This document shows positions 56,208 to 64,000 of a stretch of 64,000 bases of DNA, in pieces; within the stretch, counting starts at the first letter, position 1; every line of letters begins with the position of its first letter. The position numbers were made by a program, and so were the translations under genes. The stretch is from positions 35,714,001-35,778,000 of the forward strand of contig CM052818.1 of assembly GCA_028534125.1 (NCBI GenBank), given 5' to 3'. Under the pieces are notes generated by a model. The model was not told the DNA's origin, ran no database searches, and saw only the letters and a list, made by a program, of their open reading frames with translations. The DNA comes from Lama glama (taxonomy: Eukaryota).

Positions 56208-59200
56208 CTGGAACACAAATAAAAGATGTGTTTAGACAGAAGGGTCTGCCCCCCCGGCTTATGAGTGGGTACTACTTGAAGTGGAAACTCACTAGAGCAT
56301 TCCTCTAGTCTGTAGTCACCACAGAGAAGAACTCTTCTGTCTTCTTGTCCTACAAAAAGAAAATCGCTGCACTCATTTTGCTCAGGGTTCTGGAAAGTTC
56401 ACACTTTAAAAATAAAATCAAAATTGGAATGGTCAAGCCTCCTACAGGGTTGCCATCAATACTGAAAGTCAGCATCACTGCTAATATTGCCAAGATTGGG
56501 AAAAGCCCAGTTGCAGTCTGGGTATCCAGTGGCGGGTTTAAAAATACATATATTATTTGGAAAACTGGTTTTAAAAGCATTCTATGGATGACTCTAATAG
56601 GATAAAAAAAATCTCTATGATGTTAGAAAATGAAGGGCTTTAACTCAGTATTAGCAAAATAAAAACCACCACACCTCAGTAATAGGACATCAGAATTACT
56701 GAAATGGATGTCCAGAAGATTTGTGTAGTATCTAATTACACTATTACATAGCTCCTTTACATACTGCCTTTAGAATTACAGCAAAATATTAGTAGAACAA
56801 TTTTATATTTAACTTATTTTTCCTGATAGATAATCCATTTAAACACATAAGCTAAAAATAACAGTAAACAACTAGCCGAGAACAGTGTGAATTTTCCCTT
56901 TAACTATTCTCAGTAATAATACATATATTCCTTTAAAAACCTAAGGTTACATAGATTTAACACTTCTATTGGGAAAACAAAGCCAGAAGTTAGCCTTTAC
57001 CAACCAGTCTTATTAAAATTCATTTGTAGAACTGGCTAGGCCAATATCACACCTATGAATGTTCCAGACCAAGAATGCAGACGGCTTCTAAGGCATCCAA
57101 GTGCATCTAACCAAGTGTCTCAGCATTTGGCAAACTTGTGCCTCACGTTTAATAGGTTCATGAAGTATTTTAGATTAGTGATGCATTTTTTGGTCATTCA
57201 TCACTAAATTCATGCCAATTACAGTCAGCTTTTCTGAAAACATTTCTATCCTAATTGAATAAAAGTTGTTTTCCATCAGCCTTCATTGGCCAGATGTCAA
57301 ATGTCCCGACCACCCAATTTCTCCATCAGTCTTGCCCCTGATGTTTTCTCCTCACGATGCACCTCCATCCTCACTCCGTTCTCTTGGGTGAGGCAGAAAA
57401 GTCCTTCGCTGAGCGTTTTTAGTGTCTGATGAATTAAACCTCCGCTGAGCTCAGGATCATTTCTCTACTCACCCTTCCTCTCATCCTCCACTTTCCCCCA
57501 GTTTCCCAAATACTGCTTCTTGCCCCCATAAGCTCCCATTTGTTTTCTTCTTCTTTCGAGTTCTTCCTCATGTATCTAACATCCACCAGCTCTCTGTCTG
57601 AGTTTATTCTCTAGCTGCCTCTGCGCCCTGCACTCACCTTTGTTCTGTGTAGCTCCTCATTCCTCCTCTTTTCCTTCTAGAGCTCCAACCTTGGCCTTCC
57701 TCTCTCTCTCTCTCTCTCTGTCAACAACCCTCTACCAGCCCTCTTCCTCCTTCTCTATTCTCTGTGTTCTTTCCTGTTCTCTCCCCTGACTTGCCTCTTC
57801 CCCATTCCAGCCCTCCAAATGCATGCTGCCCCCCATCCTCTCCCAGTCCTCCTTTCCTTGTTCTTTCCCTTCTCCTTTTCTGTACATCTGTCTCCATATT
57901 TCTGTCTAACTTACTACCCAGCTTCTGTCTGGCAAATACAGAAACATTAGAGCAAACAGAGATTTCATGATGCGCTACCACAGAAAGAAGATCCTGCCAC
58001 TGAAACTTAACATGAGCACAAACTATAGTGCATTTAGGCCCTGACTAACTTTTTTTAAACATAAAACTTCATGTTTGTATGTTTCAACATGTGAAATACT
58101 GGGACAGAGTGTAAGGTGTTTCAGTCCCCAAACACTTAAAAAAATTCTTGATAAAGGCATGATAAAACAAATTAGGGAGAAAATTCTGCTCCTTTAAAAA
58201 GAATGCTTTTCTAAAAATGATAGTCTATTCTGAACTTTAAAAAACCGAGAAGACAAAACCAAATTCCAAAATGTAGACATTTCAGCCATTTTGAACAATT
58301 ACTTAAAAACAAGGTGCTTTAGACCAGACCTCAAAGGATTTCTGACATTGCTATACCTTCACAGGCAGGCAAAACAAGACAAAACAGAGTTTACAATTTT
58401 TCAGGTGAGAAGAGTGGTGTGAGAACTGAGTCCCAACCTCTGAAGATTTTCCAGCATAGTTTTTACTTCAATTTAAATACTGTCCCAGGACTCAGAAACT
58501 TCAACACTATGCTGTTTTGTCTTAACTAATCTGTTGAGCTGCCCAGCATTTGTCTCTGTAGGTGTGAGACATGTAATCATTTTCCCCATCACAGAATACT
58601 CTCTCTTCACCCTCACAGGACTCAGATCCTATTTCCTGATGCTCCAGCTATGAACATGGTCTCCTAACTGGTTTTCCTTCTCCTGAACTGGCCGCCCAGT
58701 GCTCCTGCCTTCCCCTTGTTCTCCCTCAAGATGAAGCCGAAACTAGCTTTTATCACTGTTCCCCTTCAGGGATGATGCTTCATCTGCAGAACTGAATCCA
58801 AATCCCTTAGAGTTCAGCATTCAAGGCCCTTGGAACTTTGCCCCAAACTACCAATTTTATTCTTATGAATTCTTATTACAAACCTTCACCTTCAGTGGAT
58901 TTGGTTTCCCAGGACTATGCTGATATTACTGTTCCCTTATCTCTGTGCCCTCTAACTTCCAATCCCCTAGACTTCCAAGCTCACCCCCTTCCCCAGCCTC
59001 CAAAAAGCACAATACCTCTCTCCTTTGCTTGCCTGGCTAACTGTCCTTCAAGACCAAGTTCAGTCTCATCTCCTTTAATATAAATGCTCTTCTGACCATC
59101 TCAGTAAGCTTTCCTTTTAATGCTTACAGTTCATGTTACTTGTAACATAAATTGGAGTTTGCCTTCTTTAGTTATGTGATAATTTATGTTTTATCTTTCA

Positions 59201-62200
59201 ACAGGCTCTAGCTGGTATGGTAGTAAGAGCATGAGCTTGGTGTTGGAAAGACCTGGGTTTGAACCTCAGCTCTGCCACTTTCTAGCTCTGTGATTTGTGC
59301 ATGGAGTTAAATCTCCTCAGGCTCTATTTCTTCATCTGTGAAAAAAAAAGGAAAACTAACTAACTCCTTCCTAGGGTTATAGTGAGGCTTACACGAGATA
59401 AAGCAGATAGTGCCTAGCACAGTGCCTGGCAAATCATTAGCGTTCCACAAATGAAACTTCCTTTCCTCACTTGTCTCCATGGTTCAGCTAAAGAGCAAAC
59501 ATGTGTCATGTTTCCTTCTATCTCTGCCTTAACATAAGGCCCGTATTAAAAAAAAAAATCTATTAATAGACTAAAGACTAAATCAAAGTTACTTAAGTGA
59601 ATTGAAACTTCCAAAATTTCTTAGTTTAGGTTAATATAGGAAAGTGGCCACCCTGGCTGTTTGTATTGTTTTGAAACAAACTTCTTAAAGGAGACAGAAT
59701 ACACAGCAGGCATTCTGTTTTGTCTGAATTTATTGAGATCTTTTGAGGTATTCTAATTACATATGAGTTTTAGCACTGTGTTTATTTACAAACAGCAATC
59801 AGTGGTCTCCATTTGTGATTCCTTATCCTGTCTAAACATTGGATTACACCTTCTCAAAGCTTATCTCACTTAACTTTCTCAATAATCCTGTTAGCAGGTA
59901 TCCTGTTTGTTAGTTCTGTTGGTTATATGGCAGCTCAACAAAGTCCCCTAACATGCCCAGGATGACAGCTAAGGACAGTGTAGCCAGGACTCAGACTCAG
60001 GTTTGACTCCCAAGGTCATGATGCTACACAAAGTTTCCTGTGTGTCTACAATAAACTGGACAGTTCTGGGCTTAGAATTTTCTTACTGACCTGGGTTCCA
60101 TCTGCTTCTGTTTTGAGAAGGTCACTGGATGAGAGCTGGTTGCAGTAGAGGCCTGTGTGTCTCAGTGCTGGATCATTTATCTATTAAAGGTAAGTACAAG
60201 ACCAAATTACAAGCTAGTTGTTTAAGTTGAAGACCAAATGTAAAACAATCTCACTGACAGAAAAGTAATAGGAGGAGAGCAGAAATAAAAAGCTTAGCAA
60301 TTTACTGTGCTGTCAGAAGTCAGGACAGTGGTTCCCTTGGTTGGAGTGGAGAGAGAGAGATGTAAGGGAGTGTGGGGAGAACCTCAGGTGCTGCTGGTAA
60401 TGTTCTGTTTCTTGATCTAGGTGATAGTTACAAAGGTGTGTTCTGTTTGTAAAAATTCATCTTGTTGTATACTTTTCTATATATTCTTATATATGATACT
60501 TCAATAAAAAGTTAATTCACACACACAAAAGTTAATTAGCAAGACTTCCACTTCCAGTCAAGATCCAAAGTATATGAAATGAAAGCAGTAAAGACACTGG
60601 ACAAAGGCAATGAAGGAAAGCTGTTCCTAAGGGTTGGGGAACAATTGAGATAAGTTCTACCACTGCACCAGCCTACTGCCTAGACAGAATTTTCAGGCTG
60701 CAGCATGAGAAAAGGGAACCCAGAAAGAGCCTGGCTGGCTCCCTGAGTTGAGAAGATAGAGCTAGAATTCAAGGGCAGAAGAGAGAGAACTGTAGAGAGA
60801 GAAAGCTCTGAAGATCTGCAGAGGGTCCCCTCAAGTCTGCAGCTTAGTACTCCTCAGCTAGCTAATGGATGTTAGGGAACTACCCAAAGCAGAGGAAAGA
60901 AGCACCAAGAAAGATTTACGTGGAATAATTCCCAAAGATCACTCAGAGCGGGGAATAGGTCCTGATCCCACCAGCCAGGGTGGAAAACATCATAACTCAT
61001 GTAGTATCAGGAAACGTACTAGTACGATTTTGCTTTACTAGCAGGGTAAAATTAGCTTATACTAAATACTGTTCTGGTCCTACTAAGCAAAAAAGCAAGA
61101 CCTGAAAGGATCAAACTGTTTATTTCCAAGTAATTTAACCATTTCCCAAAACAAACCTCAATAATATTTATAGGAACAAAAACAAGGTAAAATTCATATA
61201 TCTGGCATCCAGTAAAAAATACCAGGTATGCAAAGTAGCAGAAAAATATGACCCATAATGAAAGGAAAAATCAGTCAATTGAAATCAACCCCCAAATGAC
61301 ACAGATGATTGAAGTGACAAGCAAGAATACTAAGACAGTTATTATAATTGTATTCCCTATGTTCAAGAAGATAGAGGAAAGTGATCATGTTAGAGATATG
61401 GAAGATATATAAAGGATTCAAAGTGAACTTCTAAAGATAAAAATGTCTGAGGTGAAGAATATACTAGATAAAATTAACAGATCAGACATTAAAAAAGAAA
61501 AAGATCAGTGAGTCTGAAGTTATCACAGTAGAAACTATCCAAAATGAAACACAGAGGAAAAAATGACTGATCTCAAACCCCCTAAAAAACCTCCAAGCTG
61601 AAAATCAGTGAGCTGTGGGATGATTTCCAGTGGTCTAGAATATGTGTAATTAAAGTCTCTGAAGGAGATGAGGCGGTTGGTGACAGAAAAAAATATCTGA
61701 AGAAATAATGGCAATATTTTTCCAGACTTGATAAAAAATTATACACTCATGAATCAAGAAGCTCACTGAACACCAAGCACAAGAACCATGAAGAAAATCA
61801 CACTAAGGCATATCGTAATCAAACTGCTTAAAACCAGCGATAAAGAGAATAATCTTAAAAGCTTAGAGACAGAAAAAAATCAATCATGTACAAAGGAACA
61901 AAGATAAAATGATAGCTGATATCTTACCAGAAATACTGCATTGGAGCAACATCTTTAAAGTACTGAAAGCTAAAACTACCAATCTAGAATTCAAGGAAAA
62001 GAACTTTCAAAGATGAAGGTGAAACAAAAACTTTTTCAGATATGTGAAACCTGAAAGAATTCATCACCAGCAGACCTGCACTATAAAAAATGTTAAATGA
62101 AGACCTTTGGGCAGAAGGCAAATGATACCAGATGGAATTCTGGATCTACACCAAGGAATGAAGAACACTGGAGATAACTACGTGGGGAAATATAAAAAGC

Positions 62201-64000
62201 TACTTATTCAAATTTTTAAAAATATAACTGACTATTTAAAGTAAAAATACTACTGACAGAATATTGTGGGGTAACATTGTAAAATGATTATAAATCAATA
62301 AAAAATGTTAAATAAAATAAAATAAAAGTTGAGCAAACTAAAACAAACAAACAAACATATATAGACATGATATGTATGACCACAATAGCACGTAAGGGGA
62401 GAAATGGAAATAAACTGTTGTGAGATTCTTATATTTATAAGAGGTGATATAATAGCACTTGAAGGTAGATAGTGACAAGTTAAAGATGTATACTATAAAC
62501 TCTGAAGCAACCACTAAAACAACAAACAAAAGTTATATATAGTTAATAAGCCAACAAAAGAGATAAAATGAATTAAAATATTCAATTAAACCAAAAAAGG
62601 CAAGAGACGGGACAAAGAGGAGACAATAAGATGAGCGATAGAAACCTTTAATATCGATATCAATAATCACATTAAATGTAAATGGGCTAACCACTCCAAT
62701 TAAATGGCAGAGACTGTCAAATTGAATAAAAAAGCAAGACTCAACTATATAAGAAATACACTTTAAATGTAATATTCTTTTACCTAATTCATTATATTTT
62801 TTATTATTTTCTATTAATATACCAGAGGACAGTGAATAATTCTAATAACTGAATAACAACAAGGACAAGAAATAATCCTATTTAGTTCTTTTATTGTGCT
62901 ATAATATATGGATCACTAAGTTGTTGGTTTTTTCCTTGCTGACTTTCTTAGGCTTACTATAAAATAGATGGGGAATAGATTTTTTAAAAAATTCATATCA
63001 AAAAGGAATTCTATAGAAAAGGTAATCAGTGTTTACATGTTTTTAAGACGTGCTATAAATTATGGCTATGTTGTCCTAGCCCAGACACAATAGTCTACTT
63101 TGCAGTTGCTGACAGAATAGTGACAAGGAGTTACCCCAATGATTCTCTTAAATATCACTTTGAATTTAATCATTCTCTCCTTAAAAATTTTTAGATGATT
63201 CTAAGATAAACTAAACATTTAGATGGCCTGCCACATCCCTAAAAATGTTACCATGTAAATCTGATCTAAATATAATACAAATATCCCCTTAACACTCATT
63301 AGGCTTTTCAATATCTATTCCCGCCTAGGTCATGCTGTGATAACCAGTCTTAGGGTTCTTTTCTACTTCTTCCTTTAGGCAAATTTTCCACAAAGCCTTT
63401 CCTAAACAGACCATTTTTCAGTGGTTAATTGCATATACCCCTAATCTGACAGAAGTATATGTATGGTCCTATGGGTGTCCATCTCTTACATAGCTATTTC
63501 CTCTTATTATGCAACTAATCCTTTGTTCATGTTGTGTCTCCCCAGCTTGTTAATATCTCCCACAGAGCTATCTTTGTACGTAGTAAGTACTCAGTTTGTT
63601 GAACTGAAAGGGAGAAATGGAGAAAATGTGTTTTGAATATAAAGGGGTAAGTTTCAAATCAATGTACTATACATATCATTTTACAATAAATATAAAATAC
63701 TAAAATCTCGTGAGACTAAAACCTTATAAGGTCTGTCAAAATTTCCATTGTATATCTTTATAAATAGTAATAATCAAAAGATAGTGGGAAAGAATAAAGA
63801 AGTGATTATTTCTGATGAGTAATTGTGAACATACTTGATTTTCCTTGGAAAAGTGAATTGTAGTGTGGTGTGTGTGCATGTGTAGCAAGTGTGCCAGTTG
63901 TGCCACTTACCTGCTCAGGGCAAACAGTGTTCATTCCTGGCATCTGCAAAGAGCTCATTTGCATCTGGCCCATCATTGGGTTCATGTTCTGAACATTTGT
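56037..64000 (-). CDS. NCOA1: Nuclear receptor coactivator 1 (SRC-1), 3' end only
   Basis: Exons ...MQMSSLQMPGMNTVCPEQ | INDPALRHTGLYCNQLSS...ADGTQ | QVQQVQVFADVQCTVNLVGG...QKSLLQQLLTE* (terminal LxxLL). Confidence 0.96.
56305..56349 (-). CDS. NCOA1: NCOA1 alternative exon (56349-56293) encoding the SRC-1e C-terminus DKKTEEFFSVVTTD*
   Basis: tttttgtag|GAC acceptor, TAG 56307-56305, CTA|gtgagt donor at 56293/56292. Confidence 0.92.
   Translation of the reverse strand, partial: DKKTEEFFSVVTTD
57699..57719. repeat. (CT)n microsatellite in a long pyrimidine-rich tract
   Basis: About 10 CT units. Confidence 0.85.
59212..59455 (+). mobile_element. MIR SINE
   Basis: GACCTGGGTTTGAACCTCAGCTCTGCCACTT...TTCTTCATCTGTGAAA...GCCTAGCACAGTGCCTGGC. 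Confidence 0.8.
60091..60180 (-). CDS. NCOA1: NCOA1 exon INDPALRHTGLYCNQLSSSDLLKTEADGTQ
   Basis: taatag|ATA acceptor, CAG|gtcagt donor, 90 nt. Confidence 0.94.
60250..60515 (+). mobile_element. L1ME-like 3' end fragment
   Basis: AGAAGTCAGGACAGTGGTTCCCTTGG...GGTAATGTTCTGTTTCTTGATCTAGGTG...TACTTCAATAAAAAG. Confidence 0.7.
60545..62765 (+). mobile_element. Old LINE-1 5'UTR/ORF1/start of ORF2 remnant in an NCOA1 intron
   Basis: L1M-like motifs GAAACTATCCAAAATGAAACACAGAG, TCAGTGAGCTGTGGGA, TTCATCACCAGCAGACCTGCACTA, TTAAATGTAAATGGGCTAA. Confidence 0.82.
63911..64000 (-). CDS. NCOA1: NCOA1 exon, cut by the window edge: TNVQNMNPMMGQMQMSSLQMPGMNTVCPEQ
   Basis: CAG|gtaagt donor at 63911/63910. Confidence 0.93.

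Noticed and set aside
55910..56308. 132-aa plus-strand ORF over the NCOA1 terminal exon
   Set aside because: Antisense shadow with a TTG start inside a T-run; no supporting features

Overview
Eukaryotic (mammalian) genomic DNA, so the ORF track is mostly noise and the genes have to be read as spliced exons. Four known genes are present in the order ADCY3(+) -> <- CENPO(-) | PTRHD1(+) -> <- NCOA1(-). ADCY3 contributes its last 19 coding exons (6595-26706; the N-terminal exons lie outside the window). CENPO is complete (6 coding exons, 300 aa), PTRHD1 is complete (2 exons, 140 aa), and NCOA1/SRC-1 is present as its 3' end with the SRC-1a and SRC-1e terminal exons. All joins are GT-AG and keep frame. 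A tRNA-derived SINE and a young L1 3' end resemble camelid repeats as I recall them, so the source is probably camel, alpaca or llama (not searched). I see no evidence of a wholly new biological system. The best leads are regulatory: a candidate internal first exon giving an N-truncated ADCY3, a spliced 48-codon uORF in the CENPO leader, interlocked opposite-strand poly(A) signals for ADCY3/CENPO, transcription-factor motifs inside PTRHD1 codons, and several atypical splice sites. Repeat family names and boundaries are by eye and approximate.
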